NCBI GenBank assembly: GCA_964540825.1
Contig: CAZINT010000002.1
Location: forward strand, 477 to 64,476
Reading direction: 5' to 3'
DNA length: 64,000 nucleotides
Source: an uncultured Gammaproteobacteria bacterium
GTDB taxonomy: Bacteria > Patescibacteriota > Patescibacteriia > Magasanikbacterales > GWA2-37-8
The notes under the pieces are model-generated. The model saw only the letters and a list, made by a program, of their open reading frames with translations, searched no databases and was not told the origin of the DNA. The translations under genes and the position numbers were made by a program. This document shows, in pieces, positions 1 through 9,766 of the stretch (its first letter is position 1; each line of letters begins with the position of its first letter).

Positions 1-558
1 CAAGGTAGCTGGGCTCAATTAGAAATGGCGTTGACACTTGTTTTTCATAAAATTCTCAGCGAGGAATTTTTGGTGGTGCGTGCCAGTCAGTTTGATGACT
101 ACATGAATGGAGTCGATTATTTAATTATTGATCGTAAAACAGGCAATGTTGCTTGTTCGTTCGATGGTTTTAATAGTAAAGCTGGCGACCTGAAATACGC
201 TGAAAAGATGTACAAAACTATTGATAAAGCCAAAAAAGGTGGTGCAAAAGTAAAGTATGGTGTTTCTTTTGAGCAAAATCAGGGCGAACGAGAAATCGTG
301 CGTAAGCCCGTGGAGCATGTTGTTCCGTTTAACGTATCACTCAGCGATGATGAACTTCAAGAATTACTGACAGGCATGGAAACGAATATTAACGGTGCAG
401 TCACACCTGTTGAAAAAAGAGTCTTTGAAACTGTTATGAAGAGTTTGGAAGAGCAGCAAAAAATGTTGGCTAAAGAAGACTTGCCAGAAGATATGAGGAC
501 TGAACTTGACGCTTTCAAAATTTCATTTGAACGAATGCAGCGGCTTGGAAAAAAATAA
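1..558 (+). CDS. Hypothetical protein, 5'-truncated by the window edge
   Basis: Frame is open from base 1 to TAA at 558. It has acidic motifs (FDDYMNGVDYLIID...FD) loosely like PD-(D/E)xK folds, but no family was recognised. Confidence 0.6.
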   Translation, partial: QGSWAQLEMALTLVFHKILSEEFLVVRASQFDDYMNGVDYLIIDRKTGNVACSFDGFNSKAGDLKYAEKMYKTIDKAKKGGAKVKYGVSFEQNQGEREIVRKPVEHVVPFNVSLSDDELQELLTGMETNINGAVTPVEKRVFETVMKSLEEQQKMLAKEDLPEDMRTELDAFKISFERMQRLGKK

Positions 559-561
559 TGT

Positions 562-1086
562 ATGCCTAAAAAGAAAATCACTGGTACCGATCGGTTTCAA
601 GGTACATATACTTATGAACTGGTTGAACCGGTCGGAAAACACTTTGATCCTGAATTTAAGCCGGAATTAACGCCGGCCGAAATGTTAAAATTAGGCGTTT
701 TTGGCGGCGCATATTTTATCGGCGTGGATGGACTTGTTCCTGACGATCTGCCGGCAAGTTGGTTCAAAGGCGTAAAACTCTCTAAGGATGGTAAAAAACA
801 CGCCAACCTTAATTTTTTTAATGTATCCGCCAGCCAGCCCCTCAGTGTCTGGCAGGCTAAGGGCTGGATCGCGCTCTGTGACCCGCACGGCTGGTTTCAG
901 TGGTATTGTCGGTATTATCTCGGCAGACGTATTCCGGGCGAAGATAGGCGGCAAATTGGACGTTGGAAAGCCATTACCCGACATATCGGGCAGATTAAGA
1001 AATATTGCAAAAAAGGTGATTTGTCGTGCCGTCCACGGCAACGCCAAGCGCTTCTGCACTGGGCATATGATAGCCGGAAAATGTAG
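562..1086 (+). CDS. Conserved protein of unknown function (family also seen in fungi and large DNA viruses)
   Basis: Motifs FKPELTPAEMLKLGVFGG.YF, DPHGWFQWYCRYYLGRR, EDRRQI.RW and RQALLHWAY. Confidence 0.75.
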   Translation: MPKKKITGTDRFQGTYTYELVEPVGKHFDPEFKPELTPAEMLKLGVFGGAYFIGVDGLVPDDLPASWFKGVKLSKDGKKHANLNFFNVSASQPLSVWQAKGWIALCDPHGWFQWYCRYYLGRRIPGEDRRQIGRWKAITRHIGQIKKYCKKGDLSCRPRQRQALLHWAYDSRKM

Positions 1087-1088
1087 CA

Positions 1089-1122
1089 AAAAATAATCCC
1101 GACCACGCGTCGGGATTATTTT
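1089..1122. terminator. Bidirectional intrinsic terminator
   Basis: AAAATAATCCCGAC-cacgc-GTCGGGATTATTTT between convergent genes. Confidence 0.8.
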
Positions 1123-1195
1123 AAGGCACCCGAGTTCTGCCAGGCACGAGTGCTGTGCTGACGAACTCGGGGAAGTCATCGGGTGAAAGGAGGTC

Positions 1196-1768
1196 TTATG
1201 CGGCCAAGTGCTTTACAGCCTCAGCTGATGTTAGGGTGCTTTCAGCCTTCGTGAGCGCCGGATAGCGGTAGGTGTGTATAGCCACGGGGAGCACCGAGGA
1301 GCGCCTTGGTACCTGCTTGGCGTTGACTACGCGCAGGCCGAGCCCCTGCTTACGGACCCTGACACGCATCCAGCTTTTCGCGCTGATGCTGTAGAGGTAG
1401 CATTTCCACGATTTTCGGAGATGTCTCAGGCCGATCTCGTAGACGTAGCCGTCGAGAACGAGTCGTGGTTTTATTTGGGTATTCACAGCGACCTCCACGG
1501 TGATTTGAAAAAAATCTGGACGTGGTTCCTCGATGCTTACGAAAGCGCAAGGATCAGACATGTGGCGAAGAAGCCATTTTTTAAGCTCAGCGAGCTGGAG
1601 CACAGAGTGGGCATAATGCGCTGGCTGCCTTCCACGCTGAACAAGCAGCAAAGCCCTTCGACGAATTTTTTCTTTTTTGTCTACAGCCTCCGACCAGATA
1701 AGGTGGAGTATGCTCAGGTACAGGCTCAAGAAGAGCCCGACTTCGACAGACAAATGCCGTCGCGGCAT
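1196..1768 (-). CDS. Orphan hypothetical protein (GC-rich cassette)
   Basis: AGGAGG SD 5 nt before ATG at 1768, TTGACA at 1826-1831, and a GC hairpin at 1129-1171 downstream. Confidence 0.6.
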   Translation of the reverse strand: MPRRHLSVEVGLFLSLYLSILHLIWSEAVDKKEKIRRRALLLVQRGRQPAHYAHSVLQLAELKKWLLRHMSDPCAFVSIEEPRPDFFQITVEVAVNTQIKPRLVLDGYVYEIGLRHLRKSWKCYLYSISAKSWMRVRVRKQGLGLRVVNAKQVPRRSSVLPVAIHTYRYPALTKAESTLTSAEAVKHLAA

Positions 1769-1840
1769 GGGGTCCTCCTCTAGGTAAAAAAGTCCTGTAA
1801 GTGGTGTATAACGAACCAGCTCTTCTGTCAATGTAGTTTA

Positions 1841-3073
1841 TTAATTAGCGGCATTTTCTCCTGCCGCGCGTCCGGTTGCCCAAGCAGCTTGCAAATTAAA
1901 TCCACCGGTAAATCCGTCAATGTTTAAAATTTCACCGGCAAAAAAGAGGTCGGGACAAAGTTTTGATTCCATTGTTTTGGGATTCACTTCGCCGAGGTCA
2001 ACTCCTCCTGCAGTGACAAATTCGTCACCGGCTCCGCGTACAATAGCATTGAGAACTGACTTTTTAAGCGCCAGGGCAGTTTTTTCCAATTCCAGTTTAC
2101 TAATTTCACCATTTGTTTTTTCACCAGGCAGTTTGTGTTCGTTACTAATAATTTCGGCCACCGATGCTGGCACGAAAAAATGCAGACTATTTTTAAAAAG
2201 TTTTTTTGGATGTTCGAGCGCTTTATTTTTGAGGAGTTCGCCAACTTCTTCGATGGAATGATCGGGAACAAAATCTATGGTAAGAGGCAGGGGATTGGTG
2301 GGTCCGAAATTTTCAAAGGCAGTGAGTGACGACAGTGCAAAAACAGCTGGGCCGGTAATGCCGCTATGGGTAAATAAAAAAGGTCCGGCAGCAGTTTCCG
2401 TTTTAGTGCGGCCGGCCGAAAGATGGGCGTATTTAATCGAAACGCCGGCTACTGTCTTTGGCCATTTTTCTTTGGTGATAAATGAATGCAAGCTGGGGCC
2501 GAGTGTCGTGATGGTGTGACTCAGGGATTCGGCGAGTGTATAGCCGTCGCCGGTTGAACCGGTATGGCGATAGGCTTGTCCGCCAAGTGATAAAATAACT
2601 TTTTGCACCTGGAGTGGTGGATTATTTTTACTCTGAATTATAAAACCTTTGGGGATTCTTTCAATTTTGGTTACTGCTTGATTAAGCAATACTTTGGTGT
2701 GGTGCTTGGTAAAAAGTGCTTCAAAAGCTTTTACGATGTCGGTACCGCGATTAGAAATCGGGAAGACGCGGTTATCAGCTTCGCATTTGAGGGGGACGCC
2801 ATGTGCTTCGAACCAGGCAATCACGGCTTCGGGCGGGAAATTGTTAAAAGCAGAAATAAGGAATTTATTACCGCGGGGGTATTTGGTGAGAATTTCTTTA
2901 AGGTCGGTAAGGCCGGTTGTCACGTTGCAGCGTCCGCCACCTGAGATAACGACTTTTTTACCGAGTGCGTCATTTTTTTCAAATACAAAAACCTCAGCTT
3001 TGGGGTTAGTTTCGTTGATTGTGGCTGCGGCCATAAGGCCGGCGGCGCCTCCACCGATAACGGCGATTTTCAT
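1841..3073 (-). CDS. HI0933/YhiN/BaiN family NAD(P)/FAD-dependent flavoprotein
   Basis: IGGGAAG, ISGGGRCNVT, GSTGDGY, LFTHSGITGP, FVTAGGV and GFTGGFNLQAA motifs. Confidence 0.93.
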   Translation of the reverse strand: MKIAVIGGGAAGLMAAATINETNPKAEVFVFEKNDALGKKVVISGGGRCNVTTGLTDLKEILTKYPRGNKFLISAFNNFPPEAVIAWFEAHGVPLKCEADNRVFPISNRGTDIVKAFEALFTKHHTKVLLNQAVTKIERIPKGFIIQSKNNPPLQVQKVILSLGGQAYRHTGSTGDGYTLAESLSHTITTLGPSLHSFITKEKWPKTVAGVSIKYAHLSAGRTKTETAAGPFLFTHSGITGPAVFALSSLTAFENFGPTNPLPLTIDFVPDHSIEEVGELLKNKALEHPKKLFKNSLHFFVPASVAEIISNEHKLPGEKTNGEISKLELEKTALALKKSVLNAIVRGAGDEFVTAGGVDLGEVNPKTMESKLCPDLFFAGEILNIDGFTGGFNLQAAWATGRAAGENAAN

Positions 3074-3204
3074 ACGTTTTTGTTTATTGGCTTAGTCTAC
3101 CTGAAAGGATGTGATTTGCCTAGCGGGCCACGAAGGAAGGATGGGCAAAAAATAAAAACACCCCCGGCTGGTGAAAAGCTGGAGGTGCTGATTCTGGGCT
3201 GTAT

Positions 3205-3645
3205 TTAGAGCATCATTCCGCGGTTCATCATGCGACGACCTTTGGCTCCTTTTTGAGCGGCCATGTTTTGAATAGACGTTAAGCGCTTATCAGCTTGGGC
3301 CTGCGTAATAATTCCTTGACTGACCAAACCTTGGAGCATAGTTTTTGTTTTGGCAAGTTGAGCTTCTTTTATACGTTGCTGTAACTGATCTTGCGTTATG
3401 CCTTTTTCTTGAGCCAGTTCTTGAAGTGATTTTCCATCAGCCCAAGCATTTTTAACTTCGTCTATGGTAATACCGAGTAAGTTGGCTTGTTCCTGAAATA
3501 GGTTTTGCTGCTGGGTAGCGATTTGTTCGGTTGTTAAATTGCTCATCGGTCCAAACATGCCATGTGCAGAGGCAGCAGTAGCGCCAAGGAGACCCAAGCC
3601 TAAAACTGCAGGAAGAAAAGCATAAGCGGCTAGTTTGTATTTCAT
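3205..3645 (-). CDS. Secreted helical protein, probable ECF sigma target
   Basis: Signal peptide ending AASA-H; ADGKSLQELAQEKG and LVSQGIITQAQAD motifs. Confidence 0.75.
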   Translation of the reverse strand: MKYKLAAYAFLPAVLGLGLLGATAASAHGMFGPMSNLTTEQIATQQQNLFQEQANLLGITIDEVKNAWADGKSLQELAQEKGITQDQLQQRIKEAQLAKTKTMLQGLVSQGIITQAQADKRLTSIQNMAAQKGAKGRRMMNRGMML

Positions 3646-3669
3646 AAGAAAAGATTTAAGAACAAAAAA

Positions 3670-3776
3670 ATCAGGCAGTACAATACGCCGTTCCCACAAC
3701 TGTCTCGCGAGAGTTGAAGACTCTTCAATTGAAGGTAGGAGCGTATCTCTACTAAAGTATTACTCTAGTGCCTGAT
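3670..3776 (-). ncRNA. Candidate structured RNA or leader
   Basis: Nested pairings ATCAGGCA/TGCCTGAT, ATACGC/GCGTAT, TCCTAC/GTGGGA and CAATTG/CAGTTG, followed by a T-tract. Confidence 0.4.
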
Positions 3777-3784
3777 ATTTTATT

Positions 3785-4486
3785 TCATTCTTCAACTTCC
3801 CGGATTCCGTATGCTTCGATAGTGTCAGCTGAGCGATTGCCAAACACGACTACGCTGTCTCCGAGATCAAAATCTGCTCCGTAGGGAAGCCGGGTGCGCG
3901 GAGTTATGAGCACCTTTATGACTTTGCTTCGGCGTGCTTGCATCTGAAATCCGTCTGGAAATATGCGAATAATTTGACCGTGATGAATGTCTTCGTAAGG
4001 CGATTCGCCAAAACGCTGATAGAGAATGTTTCCCATGGGCAATTTTCCGGCATCGGCATAGTCAGCTAGGTCGCGGTGAAGCGGTGTAGCCGCAACGATG
4101 TAGCCACCGCCGATAACCAGGACAATGATTCCGAATGTGGAGTAGAGAACGGGTCTGCGGTAGGCAAACGCTGTTCGCCGCACTAAAAATTCCAAGAGAA
4201 CAATAAAAATGCCGGCAAGCGCTGCAAGTATCCAAGGGAATGAAATAAGAAAAGCGTACCAGCCGCGCGCCCCGAAGTTCGGAACTGAAGAAATACCCGT
4301 TCGATCAAGCATGAAAATAATAAAGCTGGCGAGATAAAACAGTGTTAACAAAAGAACTGTTCCGCCAACTGAGAGGCAAACTGTTTGGAGTACAAAATGC
4401 CAGCGCGGTGTCATTTTGATATGGCCTTCTTTGATTGGGCCAAGAACCCGGTCTTGAAGTGATGGCTGTTGTGTATCAAGCGGCAT
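3785..4486 (-). CDS. Membrane protein, probable anti-sigma factor
   Basis: Overlaps the end of the ECF sigma gene; three TM helices plus a C-terminal OB-like soluble domain. Confidence 0.7.
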   Translation of the reverse strand: MPLDTQQPSLQDRVLGPIKEGHIKMTPRWHFVLQTVCLSVGGTVLLLTLFYLASFIIFMLDRTGISSVPNFGARGWYAFLISFPWILAALAGIFIVLLEFLVRRTAFAYRRPVLYSTFGIIVLVIGGGYIVAATPLHRDLADYADAGKLPMGNILYQRFGESPYEDIHHGQIIRIFPDGFQMQARRSKVIKVLITPRTRLPYGADFDLGDSVVVFGNRSADTIEAYGIREVEE

Positions 4487-5051
4487 ACAGCGTGTCTGAT
4501 TGTTGAACCAATTTTTTTAAAGCGGCTTTAGCGCGTCCGAGGCGTACCCCTACCGTCGACGTCGGGAGGTGTAATATTTCACCAATTTCTTTATAATCAA
4601 GTTCTTCGAGATAGTATAGAATTAATGGTTCGCGATATTTAGGCGATAATTCGTTAAGATGCTTTTCAATTAAACTTTTGTCTTCACCGCGAATAAATTC
4701 ATCCTGGGTGCTCGGAAGCGGTTTGGTGGGCAGTTGTACTAAAATATCAAAATCAAAAAAGGACAACGGTTCCCTTCCCTTTTTCTTAATAACGTTAATA
4801 AAGGTATTGTGGGCAACGCGATACAGCCAGGTAGAAAATTTTCTTGATACCGTAAAGCTCTGAATATTTTTGTATGCTTTGATAAAGACCTCCTGTACGG
4901 CGTCTTCAAGGTCCTCGTAGCTATATAAAAATCGTTGTCCGTACCGAAGAATTTTTCTCTCATACCTTCCAAAAAGAATGGTAAAAGCATCGCGGTCGCC
5001 AGCTTGCAGCTTGGCGGCCAATTCCTCGTCGCTCAGGGCTACTGTATCCAT
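4476..5051 (-). CDS. ECF RNA polymerase sigma-70 factor
   Basis: Region 2 (EDAVQEVFIKAY, FSTWLYRVAHN) and region 4 (LDYKEIGEILHLPTSTVGVRLGRAK). Confidence 0.93.
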   Translation of the reverse strand: MDTVALSDEELAAKLQAGDRDAFTILFGRYERKILRYGQRFLYSYEDLEDAVQEVFIKAYKNIQSFTVSRKFSTWLYRVAHNTFINVIKKKGREPLSFFDFDILVQLPTKPLPSTQDEFIRGEDKSLIEKHLNELSPKYREPLILYYLEELDYKEIGEILHLPTSTVGVRLGRAKAALKKLVQQSDTLYAA

Positions 5052-5116
5052 AAAAACAGGGGATTGAACCTCTCCTTATATCTCTACTACACCCATAGGC
5101 CTTTTTTATTTCACCC

Positions 5117-5356
5117 TTACTTTTTTTCTACGATAATAGTGCATTTGGTAACGAGGGCGGCAACTGCACCAATAGCTGCGAGGGCAGGAGCAAGCAGCGC
5201 GCCGACAGCCCCAAGGGTGAGCGGTACTTCAAGGAGGGTCACACCAGTTTCATTTTTAATAATGATCCGGCGAGCGTTGCCTTCTTTAATCAGTTCTTTT
5301 ACTTTGGTAATTATTTCTTCACCGTTTAGTTTAAATTCTTCTTGATTATTTTCCAT
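5117..5356 (-). CDS. DUF4342 domain protein
   Basis: VKELIKEGNARRIIIK...LLEVPLT...CTIIVEK pattern. Confidence 0.85.
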   Translation of the reverse strand: MENNQEEFKLNGEEIITKVKELIKEGNARRIIIKNETGVTLLEVPLTLGAVGALLAPALAAIGAVAALVTKCTIIVEKK

Positions 5357-5367
5357 ACAGTGAATTA

Positions 5368-5859
5368 TTAAAAGGTTACGGGTAAGCGATATTCACCGTC
5401 GTTTTCAGGTAAACCGGAAGGATTATCTTTCTTAAAAATAATATAACCTTTTTTTACTTCAGGTCGGGCAGTAAAAGTCAGGCTAGCCTTAAAAGGTACC
5501 GTGTTGGTGGTCATCCAGTTTCCAATTGCTTCCGCGTGTGATTCGGCTACGAGATGTCCGTCTCGGTCCACAAGCGTGATTGGAAAACTGCCTTCAAAAA
5601 ACCACGTGCCTGGTGCGTCACCTTCAATAGTTAGCGGGCTGGTGATGACTGCGCTTTCCTCGGGTGTCGTAATGTGAATTTGATTTTGTTGAGTCTGAGG
5701 AGTGCTGGCAGGGGTAGAGGGTGGTGCCGTCATGTTTTGTTGCGGCATCGGGGTAGTTTTATTAAAACCGGCATAGACAAGAACGCTGTACGTAATTAGG
5801 GCACCCAAAGCAAAACTGAGTAGGGCTATAGAAATATTTTTGTGATTTTGAGTGTTCAT
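5368..5859 (-). CDS. Membrane-anchored Gmad2 immunoglobulin-like domain protein
   Basis: N-terminal TM helix; ITSPLTIEG.APGTWFFEGSFP and KDNPSGLPE motifs. Confidence 0.85.
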   Translation of the reverse strand: MNTQNHKNISIALLSFALGALITYSVLVYAGFNKTTPMPQQNMTAPPSTPASTPQTQQNQIHITTPEESAVITSPLTIEGDAPGTWFFEGSFPITLVDRDGHLVAESHAEAIGNWMTTNTVPFKASLTFTARPEVKKGYIIFKKDNPSGLPENDGEYRLPVTF

Positions 5860-5868
5860 AGAAAATAA

Positions 5869-6405
5869 TTAACCCTGAATAGAAACTTTGGCAGCCCCGC
5901 CGCCGTCGCAGGTAATAAAGTAGTCGCCGGCAGTTTTTACATTTACAAGTGCAAAATCATACGCTTTAAGTTCGTAAGTATTTTTACCAATACCAAAAAT
6001 GTGGGTTTTGTTGTCGCGGTTATCGAGCATGAAATTAGTCCCTTTTTTGATGCTAAGAACACCCGGGTTGCCGGCGCAGGCGACAAACTGAAAACGTTTA
6101 CCAGCGTTATCATTAAGCGCGGCGGTGTAGCTTTGTGTGGGTACCGCAGTATTTTTTGGCTTCATAGTACCTGCCGGGGGAGTGAGCTCAACAATACCGG
6201 GGATAACAATTGCCGAAATAGCGAGTTCATCAGTGCCGGTATAGGTTGTGGTTACAATATCGTAGTCCTGAATGGTCGTGGTTGGAGTTGCTGGGTTAGC
6301 GTCCTTAGGAATTATATTCTGATTTGGCGTAGTACCTGTACTGCAGCCAGAGAGAAGCAATAGTGAAAGTGCTCCGAGCGCTGCAAATGAAGAAATTTTT
6401 TTCAT
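5869..6405 (-). CDS. Putative lipoprotein
   Basis: Lipobox LLSGC after a hydrophobic signal; beta-rich C-terminal domain with a Cys pair. Confidence 0.7.
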   Translation of the reverse strand: MKKISSFAALGALSLLLLSGCSTGTTPNQNIIPKDANPATPTTTIQDYDIVTTTYTGTDELAISAIVIPGIVELTPPAGTMKPKNTAVPTQSYTAALNDNAGKRFQFVACAGNPGVLSIKKGTNFMLDNRDNKTHIFGIGKNTYELKAYDFALVNVKTAGDYFITCDGGGAAKVSIQG

Positions 6406-6471
6406 AGTTTTTTAGAAAAATAAAGAGTGGTTTCAAAATGCTGTTGCTTATAAAGCAAAAAGACCTGTTAT

Positions 6472-7728
6472 TTATTCGTACCGCAATGCTTCGATCGGGT
6501 CAAGCTTGGCCGCGCTGCGGGCGGGGAGCACGCCAAAACCAATACCGATAGCGGCTGAGACGCCAAAGCCAATGCCAATAGCATAGGGGGGCACTACAAA
6601 CGTCCAGGCGAGTCCGCCGGCAGAAGCAGCGAGTGAAACAACCCACCCGAGGAGTGCGCCTAAAGCAATGCCAAAAACTCCGCCTAAAATAGTAACGAGC
6701 ACTGATTCAATGAGAAATTCACTCAAAATGTTGTTGTACGTTGCGCCTAAAGCTTTTTTGAGGCCAATTTCGCTCGTGCGTTCGGTAACGACCACATACA
6801 TAATGTTCATGATGCCAACGCCCCCAACCACCAGCGATATTGCCGCAATTGCAATAAGGAGCAGAGTAATACCGTTAAAAATAGTATTAAAACTTTCGAG
6901 TGATTGAGCCTGGGTCTGCACCAAAAAATCTTCTTTAGTTACGTCGGTGATGTTGTGGCTCCGGCGCAATGTAGTGCGAATTTGGGCGACTGTGGCGTCC
7001 CCTTGAGAAATGTCTTTAACCTGAATAACACCAATGGTGATGTGGTCAACGCCTAACATTTTTTTCTGGGCAGTAATTAAGGGAACGTACAAACTATCAT
7101 CAGCTTGCCCGCCAAAACTTCCTTGGGAATTATAGACGCCAATGACTTGAAAATTAAGATTGCCCACCCGAATAAGTTTGCCGATCGGTTCGTCTTGGTT
7201 AAATAAATTATCAGCGAGTGAACTGCCGAGGATGACAACTTGTGCTCCGCCGCTATCTTCAGCCGGGGTGTAGAAGCGACCAGAACGAAGCGTGTGCTGG
7301 TCAATGCTAAAACGTTCGGCCGACGAACCGTAGTAAATAACATTTTTTTGTGTATCCCGGTAACTTACAACCGCCTGACCGGTAATCATGCCGTAACTGT
7401 TCACGACATTTGGGAGTTTGTTAATTTCATCAAGATCGCGCTGTTTTAGGGTGGTAATAACTATACCATTAAAACTTCCGGTGCCGTCGTCTGAGCCGGC
7501 GGAAGCAGCTGCTCGTGTTTTGGTAGTGGGCGGGACACGTGTTTGGACAAAGAGTGTATTGGTGCCGAGCGCGCCAACTTGCGCGTCAATTAAGCTTCTA
7601 AATCCGGCACCGGCCGAAAGCACCATAATCACCGTGGCAATACCAATAATAATGCCCAGCGTCGTTAGCATTGTTCGGCCTTTGTTTGCCAAAAGCGCAC
7701 GCAAAGATTGTTTAAAAGCTGCAAACAT
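6472..7728 (-). CDS. MacB/FtsX-like ABC transporter permease
   Basis: LTTLGIIIGIA, GGVGIMNIM, ERTSEIGLKKALGA and LDPIEALRYE motifs. Confidence 0.93.
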   Translation of the reverse strand: MFAAFKQSLRALLANKGRTMLTTLGIIIGIATVIMVLSAGAGFRSLIDAQVGALGTNTLFVQTRVPPTTKTRAAASAGSDDGTGSFNGIVITTLKQRDLDEINKLPNVVNSYGMITGQAVVSYRDTQKNVIYYGSSAERFSIDQHTLRSGRFYTPAEDSGGAQVVILGSSLADNLFNQDEPIGKLIRVGNLNFQVIGVYNSQGSFGGQADDSLYVPLITAQKKMLGVDHITIGVIQVKDISQGDATVAQIRTTLRRSHNITDVTKEDFLVQTQAQSLESFNTIFNGITLLLIAIAAISLVVGGVGIMNIMYVVVTERTSEIGLKKALGATYNNILSEFLIESVLVTILGGVFGIALGALLGWVVSLAASAGGLAWTFVVPPYAIGIGFGVSAAIGIGFGVLPARSAAKLDPIEALRYE

Positions 7729-7731
7729 ATT

Positions 7732-9003
7732 TTATTCGTAACGCAAGGCGTCAATTGGGTTCAGTTTTGAGGCCTTAAACGCTGGATAGAGTCCAAATAC
7801 AACCCCGGTAATAACCGAAACGCCTACAGCGAGTACGACCGAGGTAATTGAAATAACAAAATCCCATTCATAGCCCAGCTTGTGCATGAGGAGGGAAGCC
7901 AGATACGAAATAACCGATCCGAAAATGATACCAATAATACCGCCAAGTGACGTAAGCGTGCCTGCTTCGAGTAAAAATTGGTTGCGAACAGCGGCCGGAG
8001 TCGCCCCAATGGCTTTACGTAGTCCGATTTCACGCGTGCGTTCGGCGACGGTAGCAAGCATGATATTAAGGATGCCAATACCGCCTACAACCAGTGCAAT
8101 GCCAGCCATGGCAACAAGAAAGATACGGAGCGCGTTAGTGATCTGAGTGAGTGCTCCGACCGCGTCAGCAATATTTCGTACCGTAAAATCAACGTCAGCA
8201 TCGTTTTTAATGCGATGACGAGTGCGCAGTGTCGTGTCTACATCGCGAATAGTTTGGTCGACATTTTGGTCACTATCAACTTTAATGTTGATCGTTTGCA
8301 AATAATGAATACCTAAAATTTGCTGCTGCCCAAGCGCGAGCGGAATAAAAATCTGATCATCCTGGTCTTGAAAAAAAGAACTTCCTCGTGGGCTAATAAC
8401 TCCAACAACTCGCAGTGGAACACCGCCGCTCGTGGGTGAAGTTGACCGTTTAACTTTGATTATCTGTCCGATGGGATCAACACCGTTAGCAGTAAAGAGT
8501 TCGTCGGCCACAGTTGAGCCAAGGACGACGACATTGGCGCCGCCCGATTCTTCTTGTTCGCTAAAAAACTGACCTTTCTGCATGTTAAAGCTGACAACAT
8601 TCGCGTATTCATGATCGGTTCCGATGAAATTAGTGTCAATTGTTTTATTTTCCCACGTTACCGTAGCACTTCCGCGGACGACTGCGTTAACGGCGCTGGC
8701 GTGCGGGACTGCGCCAGGGTCGCGCAGGGCAGCGACGTCCTCGTTAACAAGGGTGGTTATGACGATACCAAATACCTGGGCAGGCGGGCCTTTTTCGTTG
8801 CTTTTTCCTGGTTGAACGCTGAGCAGATTTGAACCGAGTTTGGTGACCTGGCCAAGCACCAAACTTTGCGCTCCGGCACCAAGTGAAATAATGATAATAA
8901 CCCCAGCAACCCCAATAACAATCCCGAGGATTGTCAGTACAGATCGGCCTTTACGTGCCCTAAGGCCGCGAAAAACCATTTTAATGGTTGAGAAGAAATT
9001 CAT
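7732..9003 (-). CDS. MacB/FtsX-like ABC transporter permease (second paralog)
   Basis: GGIGILNIML, ERTREIGLRKAIGA and LNPIDALRYE motifs. Confidence 0.93.
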   Translation of the reverse strand: MNFFSTIKMVFRGLRARKGRSVLTILGIVIGVAGVIIIISLGAGAQSLVLGQVTKLGSNLLSVQPGKSNEKGPPAQVFGIVITTLVNEDVAALRDPGAVPHASAVNAVVRGSATVTWENKTIDTNFIGTDHEYANVVSFNMQKGQFFSEQEESGGANVVVLGSTVADELFTANGVDPIGQIIKVKRSTSPTSGGVPLRVVGVISPRGSSFFQDQDDQIFIPLALGQQQILGIHYLQTINIKVDSDQNVDQTIRDVDTTLRTRHRIKNDADVDFTVRNIADAVGALTQITNALRIFLVAMAGIALVVGGIGILNIMLATVAERTREIGLRKAIGATPAAVRNQFLLEAGTLTSLGGIIGIIFGSVISYLASLLMHKLGYEWDFVISITSVVLAVGVSVITGVVFGLYPAFKASKLNPIDALRYE

Positions 9004-9047
9004 GTGAGTTGTAAGTACTGCCAACCCTGTCAAAGATTGGCAAAGCG

Positions 9048-9764
9048 TTATTTGACTAACTCCTTTTCAGCGCTGGCAAAGACGCGATCAGCTACTTTTT
9101 CGTCAGACAAAATTAAACCGTCTTTAACGCGAATAATGCGACTGGCATGACGAGCAGTCTCTTGTTCATGTGTAACCAGAATAATTGTGCGGCCTTCGTC
9201 ATTGAGCTTTTGGAGGATGCTCATGACAATGTTACCTGATTTTGAATCAAGGTTTCCGGTTGGTTCGTCGGCAAAAATAACTGCCGGATTGCAGACTAAT
9301 GCGCGAGCAATAGCAACGCGTTGTTTTTCACCGCCGGAAATTTGGTTGGTAAAATAATTAAGGCGATGTCCAAGACCAACCGACTCAAGCGCGGCTTTCG
9401 CGAGCGAGTCTTGGTTTTTTTTCTTGCTATAGATGAGCGGAAGTTTTACGTTATCGAGTACGCTGGTGCGAGCAAGTAAGTTAAACGATTGGAATACAAA
9501 GCCGATGCGTTCATTGCGGAGTCCGGCTAAGTAGTTGTCGTCAAATCCTTCGGTGTTTTTACCTTCGAATTCGTAGACGCCGCCGGTCGGTCGATCAAGA
9601 AAGCTCAAAATATGCATGAGGGTTGATTTACCGCTGCCGCTTGGCCCCATGATGGCTACGAATTCACCTTGTTCAATTTTAAAGCTGACACCCTTAAGTA
9701 CCGATGTCGAGACTCCATCATTTTCGTAGTCTTTTGTAATATTTTGAACATCGATAAGACTCAT
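9048..9764 (-). CDS. ABC transporter ATP-binding protein (MacB/LolD type)
   Basis: Walker [10 protein letters not shown], signature ISGGEKQR and ADEPTGNLD. Confidence 0.95.
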   Translation of the reverse strand: MSLIDVQNITKDYENDGVSTSVLKGVSFKIEQGEFVAIMGPSGSGKSTLMHILSFLDRPTGGVYEFEGKNTEGFDDNYLAGLRNERIGFVFQSFNLLARTSVLDNVKLPLIYSKKKNQDSLAKAALESVGLGHRLNYFTNQISGGEKQRVAIARALVCNPAVIFADEPTGNLDSKSGNIVMSILQKLNDEGRTIILVTHEQETARHASRIIRVKDGLILSDEKVADRVFASAEKELVK

Positions 9765-9766
9765 AC

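Noticed and set aside
1274-1783. Plus-strand 169-aa ORF
   Set aside because: Shadow of the minus-strand ORF, which has the SD, promoter and downstream hairpin; strand choice remains somewhat uncertain.
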